Source of the DNA: Candidatus Latescibacterota bacterium
GTDB taxonomy: Bacteria > Latescibacterota > UBA2968 > GCA-2709665
Length of the DNA: 64,000 nucleotides
Assembly: GCA_965219455.1 (NCBI GenBank)
Contig: OZ244744.1
Coordinates: 3,520,001-3,584,000, forward strand
Direction of reading: 5' to 3'
Each line of letters starts with the position of its first letter. The stretch's first letter is position 1. A program made the translations under genes and the position numbers. Below the pieces are notes generated by a model. It did no database searches, was not told the DNA's origin, and was given only the letters and a program-made list of their open reading frames with translations. Below are positions 8,355 through 17,701 of the stretch, piece by piece.

Positions 8355-10925
8355 TCAGGCGTCGCTATTCTGCTGCCATGTAATGTCAAAGCCAGTAGCC
8401 TGCTGAAATGTGTGCCGCAGAACCTCCTGTTCCGCTTCAACCGGCGCCCTGACAACGGGCACCACGACACGGTTCTGGGCGAGATGGAATTTCGAACTTC
8501 CGCGGACTCCGCACGCTTCCGGCGTTACCCTTCGCACCTCCTGCGCAACCTGCTCCTGGTTCGCCGATTGGCGGATCCGGATCGGCCAGCCGATTTCTTT
8601 CGAGATGCCATTCAGCACTTCCAGATAACGTTCACCAACGCCGGCCGATATGAACGCCGCTTCTATATATAAGCCCGACGCGTCCGACTTCAGCCCCACT
8701 TTATAGGGAACGTGCGGCCGATTCTCGAATATCCGCCGAATCTCGGCGTAAGCCCGGTTGATCTCCCATGCTTCCGGCGGCCCCTTCCTCGTCTTCCTTA
8801 CGATTTCCCTGTCCTTTCGGACCAGCGTCAGCACATATCCAGTTTCAACTGCAAACCGTTTTGCCGCCTCTTCGGCGAGCGCGTCCCAATTCGTTTCCAT
8901 ACATTCCGGCGCCGCCACTTCAACTGTCACCTCCTTTTTCTCCATTCTCAACGCCGGCGCCTTAAGGGCCGTTACACCACTGGGGAGAAGGTCGACGGCT
9001 GTTTCTGCGAGGCGACCCTGGTGGGGCGTTTCCCGAAGGCGTATCTTCCACTTTGTTTCCAACTCCAACCCGCGGATTCGATCGCCGTAACGCGCCGCAA
9101 TCACATCCGGAAAATTAAAGGCCAGTTCGTAAAGCCCGGCTTCCGGATAGGCGCTGCACTTGAAAAGCCCCGCCTCTGGCGGAAACGACGATAACATGCG
9201 GGCCCTGGCCTCGTTCACCTCCATCGGACCGGACGCCGCCTCGGCGTCCTCATCGCCCGCAGCGTGGTAGAGATAGGGCCGGCGGTACTCAATCTCGAAG
9301 GAGGGTTGCTCGCCATCCAGCATCGCCTTGAATGCCTCGAGCTTCGCCAGATCCATCCGCTCCGATCCGTACCAGACTTCCGCAAGATCCTGCGCCCTGA
9401 ACGGTCCCTTCATTCCCGTCTTCAACACATAAGCCCTCACCTCGGTGAGCGCGTCCCGATCCGCAATGCGCCCTCCCGAAAGACCGCGCATCCGGACGAG
9501 CCGCCCGTAGCGGCGGCGGCGCTTATTTACAACCTGTACCGCGTACGTGCCGCCATTTTCAGGCAAATGCGCTCCTTCCGGCAAATAGACATCCAGATCG
9601 GACGCCAGCGAGCTGCGCGCATCCGCATTTCCGTGGACCAGATAGACCGATTGAGGCGCCAATCGACGCACGAGAGACGCCAGTTCGCCGCCGTCCGCGT
9701 GCGCAGACAGTGAATAGGTCTCCACCCGGCAGCCGACATGCACTCGTTGTCCGTTCAACGTCAGCACCCGTTCATTCGCGTCCAACGCCGGTTCGGTCGA
9801 GTCGTCGGACGCGCCCTTCGCCAGATTCAGGAGCGCCTGCCCGGGGGATTCTTCGTCCTGATAACCCGTAATCGCAATCAGATTCTCCGAATTGCCCGCC
9901 ATCCGCGCCGCATAATAGCTCGACGCGCCACCCACCAGCATCCCGGAACTGGCCACAATACAACATGGCGGGCCATTCAAGACCCGGTCCCGATCCGCGG
10001 GCGCGGCCACCGGCACGATATCCTCCGAGTAGAACGGATCGGCCCCTCTCAACACCCGACGCCGCACAGCGGGCGCCAAATCGTCCGGAAATGCCGCGTA
10101 AACCGCGTTCACGGAACGCACCATTCCGTCGACGAACACGGGAAAAACGGGAATCTGCCGTTTGCGCATCGCCCGGGACAGCACGAGAATCACTTCCTGA
10201 GCCCGGCCTACCGCAAAAGCCGGTACCAGCACTTTACCACCCGCGGCAACAACCTCGGCAACCCGCAGAGCCAGTGCGGTTTCCTGCTGCGCGCGATCCG
10301 CGTGCTGGCGGTTGCCGTACGTCGATTCCATAACCACGACGTCAGGTTTGCACTGCGGCACCACCATGCCCGGGATGGTCTGCTGATTGGCCACCGACAC
10401 GTCTCCGGTCATCAGAAGACTCTCCCGCTCCCCTTCAATATAGATGGAGGCCGCGCCCAGAATATGTCCGGCCGGTACCCACGTCGCCCTGATTGCCCCA
10501 CCGCAAATCGGCACTGTAGACAGATAAGAGACAGGGGCCATCCGCCCCACACACGCATCGGCGGCCTCGGGCGGGTACAGGGGCAACTCTCCATCGTGCT
10601 CGCCGCGCTGCTGCATAATCTTAACCGCGTCGCCCAGCAATACGCGCGCAATCGCCCGCGTCGCCCCCGTACAATGAATTGGCACGTTCGCCGGCAGCCC
10701 GCCAATCAAGACCGGGAGCGCTCCGCTATGATCCGTATGGGCGTGTGTCAAAACCACGGCTTCCGGTTTTCCGACCTCGTCCAGAACCGCAAGATTCGGC
10801 AATTGCGCCCCCGGCGATACACCCATTCGAATACCCGCGTCCACAAGTATACGTCGTCCCTCGATTTCCACCAGCGTACACGATGCGCCGACCTCGTCGG
10901 CGCCGCCCAAAAAGTGCAGCCTCAT
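8355..10925 (-). CDS. MBL-fold beta-CASP ribonuclease with long C-terminal extension
   Basis: FLGGADEVGASC, THAHTDH, AGHILG, TGD, MESTYG, SAHAD and VHG motifs all intact; about 390 extra C-terminal aa. Confidence 0.85.
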   Translation of the reverse strand: MRLHFLGGADEVGASCTLVEIEGRRILVDAGIRMGVSPGAQLPNLAVLDEVGKPEAVVLTHAHTDHSGALPVLIGGLPANVPIHCTGATRAIARVLLGDAVKIMQQRGEHDGELPLYPPEAADACVGRMAPVSYLSTVPICGGAIRATWVPAGHILGAASIYIEGERESLLMTGDVSVANQQTIPGMVVPQCKPDVVVMESTYGNRQHADRAQQETALALRVAEVVAAGGKVLVPAFAVGRAQEVILVLSRAMRKRQIPVFPVFVDGMVRSVNAVYAAFPDDLAPAVRRRVLRGADPFYSEDIVPVAAPADRDRVLNGPPCCIVASSGMLVGGASSYYAARMAGNSENLIAITGYQDEESPGQALLNLAKGASDDSTEPALDANERVLTLNGQRVHVGCRVETYSLSAHADGGELASLVRRLAPQSVYLVHGNADARSSLASDLDVYLPEGAHLPENGGTYAVQVVNKRRRRYGRLVRMRGLSGGRIADRDALTEVRAYVLKTGMKGPFRAQDLAEVWYGSERMDLAKLEAFKAMLDGEQPSFEIEYRRPYLYHAAGDEDAEAASGPMEVNEARARMLSSFPPEAGLFKCSAYPEAGLYELAFNFPDVIAARYGDRIRGLELETKWKIRLRETPHQGRLAETAVDLLPSGVTALKAPALRMEKKEVTVEVAAPECMETNWDALAEEAAKRFAVETGYVLTLVRKDREIVRKTRKGPPEAWEINRAYAEIRRIFENRPHVPYKVGLKSDASGLYIEAAFISAGVGERYLEVLNGISKEIGWPIRIRQSANQEQVAQEVRRVTPEACGVRGSSKFHLAQNRVVVPVVRAPVEAEQEVLRHTFQQATGFDITWQQNSDA

Positions 10926-11112
10926 CTCAACCTCGTATAACATCTGTATACCGGGTCAACTGAACCCGGAACCCGGCTGCCTCCGGCCGACCCGGAAAAG
11001 CGCCTTGCCGTTCCGCGACCCTTTTTTCAGATAAATAGCCCCCGCCAGGCTCCGATGTCAAGCACTTAATCCCAGGCAGCAGGCCCGGAAGACGAGCCCT
11101 ACCGTTCCCGAC

Positions 11113-11141
11113 TTGACAGTCAAGGATGCTGGTATTATGAT
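11113..11141 (+). promoter_or_regulatory. sigma70-type promoter for the 11243 operon
   Basis: TTGACA-17 bp-TATGAT. Confidence 0.6.
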
Positions 11142-11242
11142 GGAACGTCTACCGCGGTTTGCCCGCCGGGAGTTCAGGTCCGGATGCCGGCCGTGGACGT
11201 GGTACAAAGAAGCGAGCGTTTTCAGGTGAGAGGAAGGCTTGA

Positions 11243-12514
11243 ATGTACGAATCGAACGCAAGCCGGCAGACGTTGGCGGGTTTTGGCAAGGTAGACGTTA
11301 CGCCTGCGCCGCACGAGTCGTTCGAAATCTACGATCCCATCTTTTTCAGGGCGCTGCACGTGCGGCAGGGCGACCGGCAGGTGACGTTTCTGGCGGCGGA
11401 TATGTTCCTGTTCGACGATATCTGTTTCGACATGATGGCCGCGGATCTGGCGGAGACAGACGTGGACCCCTCCTGGATCCTCGCTGGCGCCAGCCATATG
11501 GGCACAGGGCCGACGCTGTTCCAGTTTTATGTGAATCAGCCCACGGAGGCTCTGAAGGAATTCGGAAACGAGGCCCGTTACGCCCGGGCGGCGGCCGAGG
11601 CGGTGCGAATGGCCCGGGCCGACGTCTCGCCGGCGAGCGTGGCGGTCGGGACGGGGCTGGCGGAGCCGGGATTGCAATACAACCGGCGCGCGCACGATAA
11701 AAAGGGCAATCTGCGAATGGTTTCGCTCACCGAGTTCGAGACGCCGCCGGACACGCTGGAATACGATGCGGTGGATCGACAGGTGGGCGTCGTGCGCTTC
11801 GACCGGGACGGCAAACGGCCGATTGTGCTCACGAATTTCGGTTGTCATGCGCTTGCTCTGTGGGACTTGCGAGGCAACATCTCGGCGGATTACCCCGGTG
11901 TGGTGTGCGGGGAACTTGCCGAACGGGGAATCGACGGCCTTTTCATACAGGGCGCGCTGGGCAATGTGCATCCTGTACGTGAATCGGATGATCCCTGCGG
12001 GCGCATCGGTAGATCGCTCGCGAAAACGGTCCTGGACATCTGCACCGAGCTCACCCCACGGGCGGACGTGGAACTGGGCCTATTCAAACGTACCGAACGG
12101 ATCGAACGGCAGCCCGTGGCGGAAGTCGAGGCGGCCCGGAAGGAATGGCAGGCGAATCCCGCGGCGGCGGAGGGGCTCGCGCGATACGAATACTGGCTGG
12201 CGCAGACTTACCAGGATCAAACCTCCTGTGCGTTTGACTTTCGTGCGATCGTACTCGGCAACAGCGCGTTGATCCATTTTCCTGGCGAGCCGTTTGTGGA
12301 GACCGCGTCTGCGATTCGAGAGGCCGCCGCGTTCGACAGGGTTTTGCTCTTGTGCAACCCGTGCCCCGAGGTCGGGTATCTGCCAACGGCGCACGCGCGC
12401 ATGGAGGGAGATGGCGAGGTCTTGTTCGCGCCTCTCGAGATGGAATCCGAGGCGCAAATCTGTGAAGGAGCGATCGCGTTGTTGCGGGAAGCGCGGGTTA
12501 ATTCAGAAAGTTGA
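11243..12514 (+). CDS. neutral/alkaline ceramidase-like hydrolase
   Basis: AGFGKVDVTP, ASHMGTGP (variant of THTHSGP), YNRR, NFGCHA, ISADYPG, QGALGNV and PGEPF motifs. Confidence 0.7.
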   Translation: MYESNASRQTLAGFGKVDVTPAPHESFEIYDPIFFRALHVRQGDRQVTFLAADMFLFDDICFDMMAADLAETDVDPSWILAGASHMGTGPTLFQFYVNQPTEALKEFGNEARYARAAAEAVRMARADVSPASVAVGTGLAEPGLQYNRRAHDKKGNLRMVSLTEFETPPDTLEYDAVDRQVGVVRFDRDGKRPIVLTNFGCHALALWDLRGNISADYPGVVCGELAERGIDGLFIQGALGNVHPVRESDDPCGRIGRSLAKTVLDICTELTPRADVELGLFKRTERIERQPVAEVEAARKEWQANPAAAEGLARYEYWLAQTYQDQTSCAFDFRAIVLGNSALIHFPGEPFVETASAIREAAAFDRVLLLCNPCPEVGYLPTAHARMEGDGEVLFAPLEMESEAQICEGAIALLREARVNSES

Positions 12515-12526
12515 GCGTGTTGTCCT

Positions 12527-13399
12527 ATGGCTGAAGGATTATTGAAGCGTCTGGAAAAGGGTTTTGTGCTGGGTGATGGGGGGTATCTGATGGGGCTGCG
12601 GCTCAGGGGTTTCGTGAGAATGGGCGCCATGACGCCGCAGGTGGTGGCGACACACCCGGAGGAGGTACGCAGGCTGACGCAGCAATTCAAGGACGCGGGC
12701 GCCGAGGTTCTGCAGACACTCACGTTTTTCGGCACGTCCAACATGCTGAAGCCGGCGGGTTTCGGGGATCGCGCGAAGGAGATCAACACCACGGCCTGCC
12801 GGATCGCGAGAGACGTGGCCGGCGACGATGCGCTGGTTGCGGGTAACCTGAACAGCCCGACCATTTCACTTATGGATTACGATCCCTCCGATGGTGCAAA
12901 ACGGGACCGAACGCGCGCGTGGCTGGACGAGCAACTGCCCTGGATCTGCGACGGGGGCGTTGATTTCCTGATTCTGGAGACATTCTCGTGGCTGGACGAG
13001 GCCCTCCTGGCGCTGGACCTGGCCAGAGGATCGGGACTCCCGCTGGTGGTTACGGTGAGCATGGAGGGAGAAGGATACGCAAAGACGCTGGACGGGTTTT
13101 CGCCGGCGGAATGCGCCAGACAACTGGCTGATGCCGGCGCCGACGTGGTGGGCCTGAACTGCATCTGTCCGCCGTCGGATATGCTTGAGTTTGCAGCCCG
13201 GATGCGACGGGCGGTGGGCGTCCCGGTTTGTTGCCAGCCGTCGGCCTGGCATTCCTGGTGGGATCGGCCCGCGTCCACGGTGACGCAATTCGCCCGGTTC
13301 GCCAGGGATGCGGTGGCGGGGGATATCCGGTACCTGGGATCCTGCTGCGGCGCCGGACCGGAACATGTGCGCGCAATGGCGAAGGCGATGGGAAGATAG
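12527..13399 (+). CDS. homocysteine S-methyltransferase family protein (BHMT-like)
   Basis: LGDGG, LETF, and Zn ligands in GLNC and GSCCG. Confidence 0.85.
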   Translation: MAEGLLKRLEKGFVLGDGGYLMGLRLRGFVRMGAMTPQVVATHPEEVRRLTQQFKDAGAEVLQTLTFFGTSNMLKPAGFGDRAKEINTTACRIARDVAGDDALVAGNLNSPTISLMDYDPSDGAKRDRTRAWLDEQLPWICDGGVDFLILETFSWLDEALLALDLARGSGLPLVVTVSMEGEGYAKTLDGFSPAECARQLADAGADVVGLNCICPPSDMLEFAARMRRAVGVPVCCQPSAWHSWWDRPASTVTQFARFARDAVAGDIRYLGSCCGAGPEHVRAMAKAMGR

Positions 13400-13545
13400 A
13401 GAGATACCCGGGAGCCGGTTCCCAACGAACACGATCGCAGGGTTTCGATTACGACGGTTCCGGCGCCGGACTCGCCCGGTTCGCCAGGGTGTCGGTCGGA
13501 CGGCCGGGCGGCTGCAGGGACCTCTTAATGGGCAACGGGGCGTCT

Positions 13546-14601
13546 ATGTACTATTTGCAGACGGAAGGCGACGCGATGGCAAGGGGTATCGCTCACGGTC
13601 GCGGGGCATCGGATCGGATCGCCGGGTTGATCGATCGATACCGGGAGGAGTTTGCCGATGGGGAGGGCGGCTGGCGGCCGGGGTTGGCGCCGGATGTGCG
13701 GAAGCGAAAGGTGGACCTCTGGACGAAGCAGATCGACAGATTGTTCCCCGACATCGTACGCGAAATAGAGGGGATTGCGGTAGGCGCCGGTTTGCCGTTC
13801 GACGACGTGCTCGAGCTGAATCTCGTCTATGATCTGGATGAGTGCTCATCTCCCGCGTGCAGCGTATTCGGATTCGCCGACAAAGACGGGCGGGTGTGGC
13901 TGGGAAAATCCGACGACCTCGGAAAGAAAGAACTGGGGGCCAACGCGATCCATCACGCCGCGCCAGCGGGTAAACTGAGTTCCGTACAGATACACTTCGT
14001 AGGCACGGTCTGGACGTCGGCGGCCGTAAACGAGGCCGGATTCGGGTTCGGCATGACGGGATTGACCGGTTGCGAACGCCGCCAGGGCGGTGTGCCCGTA
14101 CTGTTTCTATTGCCGTTGATGGCGGAACAGTGCCGTTCCGTGGAAGACGCCGCGGCGTTGTGTGCCGAGTTCGAAATTCCAATGCATGGAATGAGCGTGT
14201 TGATGGGCGACGCCACCGGAGACGTGGCGATTCTGGAAAAACATGTGGCGGGTCAGTCCATCAGGCGTCCGTCAGAGCCCGGAGAAGCCGTGTGGGAGAC
14301 CAACCACTGTCTTGGAAAAGAACTGGTTGGAAAGGACGACCCGGAATCGCCGCTGCTGCAAAACAGCCGGGCTCGAATTGATTTGGTGAGCCAGATGGAG
14401 AAAGCGGTGGCGCGAAGCTTCCAGGGTCTGGTCCGGATGTACCGTACCCACGCCGACCCGGTGGGTATCTGCCAGCACGGCCAGGCCGGGTTGCATACCG
14501 ACAGCGGGTTGATTCTGTGCCCGGGCGAACGGGCGATGTGGGCGACGGAGGGATATCCCTGCTCACATCCCTTCATCCGTCACGAAGTCTCCGACGGATA
14601 G
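13546..14601 (+). CDS. C45 family autoproteolytic acyltransferase/hydrolase (Ntn fold)
   Basis: RGIAHG, EIEGIA.GA, ACS nucleophile site, VNEAG, ETNH; start uncertain (13528/13546/13576). Confidence 0.75.
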   Translation: MYYLQTEGDAMARGIAHGRGASDRIAGLIDRYREEFADGEGGWRPGLAPDVRKRKVDLWTKQIDRLFPDIVREIEGIAVGAGLPFDDVLELNLVYDLDECSSPACSVFGFADKDGRVWLGKSDDLGKKELGANAIHHAAPAGKLSSVQIHFVGTVWTSAAVNEAGFGFGMTGLTGCERRQGGVPVLFLLPLMAEQCRSVEDAAALCAEFEIPMHGMSVLMGDATGDVAILEKHVAGQSIRRPSEPGEAVWETNHCLGKELVGKDDPESPLLQNSRARIDLVSQMEKAVARSFQGLVRMYRTHADPVGICQHGQAGLHTDSGLILCPGERAMWATEGYPCSHPFIRHEVSDG

Positions 14602-14655
14602 TTCGGTGTCCCGGACAGCGCGATCTTGCTGAGGCACAAAAAAAGCCGGTGGGAA

Positions 14656-14687
14656 CAAGCCCCCGGGGATTTGACCACGGGGGCTTG
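14656..14687. terminator. hairpin between convergent C45 gene and tRNA-Met
   Basis: CAAGCCCCCG...CGGGGGCTTG inverted repeat. Confidence 0.5.
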
Positions 14688-14727
14688 CGTTAAATGACGA
14701 AGCCGCCAGGACCGGCGGCTGATAATT

Positions 14728-14803
14728 TGGTAGCGGCGGAGGGACTTGAACCCCCGACCCATGGATTATGATTCCACTGCTCTGCCAACTGAGCTACGCC
14801 GCC
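14728..14803 (-). tRNA. tRNA-Met(CAT), elongator type
   Basis: reverse complement GGCGGCGTAGCTCAG...GTGGA-ATCATAA-TCCAT...GGTTCAAGTCC...CGCCGCTACCA; 76 nt with encoded CCA; lacks initiator GGG/CCC anticodon stem. Confidence 0.92.
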
Positions 14804-14821
14804 ACCTGATTTTCCGAGTCA

Positions 14822-14850
14822 AAAATACAAGGATCCGGCGTTGATGTCAA
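14822..14850 (-). promoter_or_regulatory. promoter of tRNA-Met
   Basis: TTGACA-17 bp-TATTTT on the minus strand just upstream of the tRNA. Confidence 0.5.
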
Positions 14851-14906
14851 GCCGGAAAGCAACGTTGAACGCGGTCCCTGTACCCCGGCGGTTGGTTTGA
14901 AACCCA

Positions 14907-14935
14907 TTGACAATTTTCCTGGAATACGGTACACT
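14907..14935 (+). promoter_or_regulatory. sigma70-type promoter of the nfeD-floA operon
   Basis: TTGACA-17 bp-TACACT. Confidence 0.6.
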
Positions 14936-14987
14936 GACATAGAGGATGCGGCGGCTCAAATCCCAACGGCTGAGGGAGTTCTCCGAC

Positions 14988-16331
14988 ATGCGCGTTTCTC
15001 TTCGGGTTCTGGCGCTCGTTCTGCTTCTGCCGGCCCTGTGCCGGGCAGAAGGTTCGGTCTACGTCGTGCCGATTGAGGGTACCATTGAGCGAGGGCTCGC
15101 CGCATTTGTTTCGCGTGTGATGGATGACGCGGAGGCAGAGGGCGTGTCAGCGGTGATCTTTGAAATTGACACCCCTGGCGGCGCGCTGGACGCGGCCCTG
15201 GTCATCCGGGACGCGATTCTTTACAGCGACGTGAAAACCATTGCCTTCATCAATCCCCGGGCAATTTCGGCCGGCGCGTTGATTTCACTGGCCACCCGGC
15301 ATATCGTCATGGTCGACGGTGGAACCATCGGTGCGGCTACGGCCGTGGATATGCAGGGCAAGAAGGCAAGTGAAAAGGTAATTTCGTATTTTCGCAACGA
15401 GATGAAGGCAACGGCCGAGAAGACGGGCCGCCCCCCTGAACTGGCCGAGGCGATGGTCGACGAAGACGTGGATATTGCGGATCTCGCGCCTAAAGGAAAG
15501 CTGCTCACGCTCACCACATCCGAGGCGGTTGAAAAAAAGATCGCGGAATTCCGGATTTCGGAAACAGGCGAGAGTGAAAAACTTCAGGCCCTGCTGTCAT
15601 ATTATGATTTGAACGGGACACGCATAACGCACCAGTCGGTGAACTGGTCGGAGCAGGTCGTACGATGGCTGACGCACCCCTATGTGGCGTCGCTGCTCAT
15701 GTCTCTCGGATTTCTGGGGTTGATTTTTGAGATCCAGAGCCCGGGTTGGGGCGTCGGCGGCACCCTGGGGTTGATCTGTCTGGGTCTGTTTTTTGGCAGC
15801 CATTTGCTGGTGAAGCTGGCGGACTGGACGGAAGTGCTGCTTTTTCTTGTCGGGTTGATCCTTTTGCTCACCGACCTGTTTTTCGTTGCCGGATTCGGTG
15901 TGCTGGCCATCCCGGGAGCGGTCTTGATGTTCGCCGGTATGTTTCTGAGTCTGATGGGGCGCCCGGAACTGTGGACCTGGCAGTCCGTGGGCAGTGGAGC
16001 CCGGCCCCTGTTGCTGGCGCTTATAACCACCGTTGTGATCGCCTGTGTGATGTTGAAAATGCTGCCGCGCACGTCTGCATGGAACTGGCTTGTACTCCAT
16101 GAAGAAGAACGTAGCGAGGCGGGTTATATAGCCACCGGACAACACGATGCACTCGTGGGCAAGGAGGGCGTGGCTTTTACTCAGCTACGGCCCTCCGGTA
16201 CGGGCCTGATCGACGGGCGCCGGGTCAACGTGGCGGCCGATGGCGAATTTATCGAAAAGGATAGCCCGATCACGGTGGTCGAGGTCGAAGGCAACCGGAT
16301 TGTGGTTCGCAAGACCGAGGAGACGGGATAA
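14988..16331 (+). CDS. nfeD: long-form NfeD membrane protein (ClpP-like N-domain, TM region, C-terminal OB fold)
   Basis: signal peptide; IDTPGG, AISAGALI, GKLLTLT; multi-TM block; LRPSG...ADGEFI...VEGNRIVV. Confidence 0.9.
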   Translation: MRVSLRVLALVLLLPALCRAEGSVYVVPIEGTIERGLAAFVSRVMDDAEAEGVSAVIFEIDTPGGALDAALVIRDAILYSDVKTIAFINPRAISAGALISLATRHIVMVDGGTIGAATAVDMQGKKASEKVISYFRNEMKATAEKTGRPPELAEAMVDEDVDIADLAPKGKLLTLTTSEAVEKKIAEFRISETGESEKLQALLSYYDLNGTRITHQSVNWSEQVVRWLTHPYVASLLMSLGFLGLIFEIQSPGWGVGGTLGLICLGLFFGSHLLVKLADWTEVLLFLVGLILLLTDLFFVAGFGVLAIPGAVLMFAGMFLSLMGRPELWTWQSVGSGARPLLLALITTVVIACVMLKMLPRTSAWNWLVLHEEERSEAGYIATGQHDALVGKEGVAFTQLRPSGTGLIDGRRVNVAADGEFIEKDSPITVVEVEGNRIVVRKTEETG

Positions 16332-16678
16332 TGGTCGAAGGAATTGCGATTCTGATCGTGTTTGTCGTCGCGGTCGCGGTTCTGTTGTGGAAATGGTTTG
16401 TGCTTATTGCAGACGAGCGGACCGAAGCAGGTTACATAGCCACAGGAAAACACGACGCGCTTGTGGGCAAAGAGGGTGTGGCCCATACACCGCTGCGGCC
16501 CTCGGGCACCGGCCTGATCGACGGGCGCCGGGTCAACGTGGCCGCCGACGGCGAGTTTATCGAAAAGGATAGCCCGATCAGGGTGATCGAGGTTGAAGGC
16601 AACCGGATTGTGGTTTGTAAAGCGGAGGACGCCGGTAGGACGCGACCTCGGTTGAGCCGGACCGGTTCAATCGGCTGA
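16331..16678 (+). CDS. short NfeD-like protein (one TM helix + OB fold)
   Basis: TAATG overlap with nfeD; C-terminal domain nearly identical to that of nfeD. Confidence 0.8.
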   Translation: MVEGIAILIVFVVAVAVLLWKWFVLIADERTEAGYIATGKHDALVGKEGVAHTPLRPSGTGLIDGRRVNVAADGEFIEKDSPIRVIEVEGNRIVVCKAEDAGRTRPRLSRTGSIG

Positions 16679-16699
16679 AGATAAAAGGGGAGTCTTGAT

Positions 16700-17698
16700 A
16701 TGGTCGATGCAGTTTTGCTTTTGATCATTGTTGTCGCAGTAATCGTCGCACTGTTTCTGTTCTTTTATTTTATTCCGTTCGGGCTGTGGATCTCGGCCCT
16801 TGCGGCCCGCGTCCGGATCGGTATCGGCGAACTGGTGGGGATGCGGCTGCGCCGCGTTTCCCCGCGACTTATCCTGGGAGCTCAGATCAGCGCAACCAAG
16901 GCCGGGCTGACGATCCCGACTTCCTTCCTGGAAGCGCATTTTCTGTCGGGAGGGCACGTGGAGAACGTGATCACTGCCCTGATCGCGGCGGACAAAGCCG
17001 GGATCAACCTTACCACGGAGCGTGCCGCGGCCATCGACCTTGCCGGCCGTAACGTGCTCGAGGCCGTACAGGTCAGCGTCAATCCCAAAGTGATTTCCAC
17101 CCCAATGGTCACGGCCGTGGCCAAAGATGGCATCCAGGTCAAGGCAACGTCCAGGGTCACCGTGCGCGCCAACATCGATCGGTTGGTCGGCGGCGCCGGT
17201 GAGGAGACGATAGTCGCGCGGGTCGGCGAAGGGATCGTGACAACAATCGGTTCCTCGGTAACACACAAGGCCGTGCTGGAGAATCCGGATCTGATTTCAA
17301 AGACAGTGTTGGGGAAAGGGTTGGATTCGGGTACGGCGTATGAGATCCTTTCTATTGATATCGCCGACGTCGACGTGGGAGACAATATCGGCGCGAAACT
17401 CCAGACAGACCAGGCGGAGGCCGATCTGAAGATCGCACGGGCGAAGGCAGAAGAACGGCGTGCGATGGCCGTCGCCCACGAGCAGGAGATGAGCGCGCGG
17501 GTGGTGGAGATGCGGGCCAGGGTGGTGGAGGCCGAGGCCGAGGTGCCACGGGCGATGGCCGAGGCGTTCCGAAGCGGCAATATGGGCGTGATGGATTATT
17601 ATCGGATGCAGAATATCCAGGCGGATACCTCGATGCGCGAGGGAATCGCCGACACTCCGGAGAGTCCTGAATCCGAACAGGACCGGGGAGAGTCGTAA
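16700..17698 (+). CDS. floA: flotillin-like protein FloA (YqfA/UPF0365)
   Basis: [57 protein letters not shown]. Confidence 0.93.
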   Translation: MVDAVLLLIIVVAVIVALFLFFYFIPFGLWISALAARVRIGIGELVGMRLRRVSPRLILGAQISATKAGLTIPTSFLEAHFLSGGHVENVITALIAADKAGINLTTERAAAIDLAGRNVLEAVQVSVNPKVISTPMVTAVAKDGIQVKATSRVTVRANIDRLVGGAGEETIVARVGEGIVTTIGSSVTHKAVLENPDLISKTVLGKGLDSGTAYEILSIDIADVDVGDNIGAKLQTDQAEADLKIARAKAEERRAMAVAHEQEMSARVVEMRARVVEAEAEVPRAMAEAFRSGNMGVMDYYRMQNIQADTSMREGIADTPESPESEQDRGES

Positions 17699-17701
17699 GC
17701 C

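Noticed and set aside
13228-13545. Extended N-termini from the ORF track (also 4904-5083, 26719-26823, 41479-41592, 45286-45444, 58471-58566)
   Set aside because: They overlap neighbouring genes or repeats, or lack family similarity; downstream starts fit RBS and domain boundaries better
14728-14803. Initiator tRNA-fMet or tRNA-Ile2 identity
   Set aside because: No GGG/CCC anticodon stem or C1 mismatch; the acceptor stem resembles elongator Met, though Ile2 cannot be fully excluded without a covariance model
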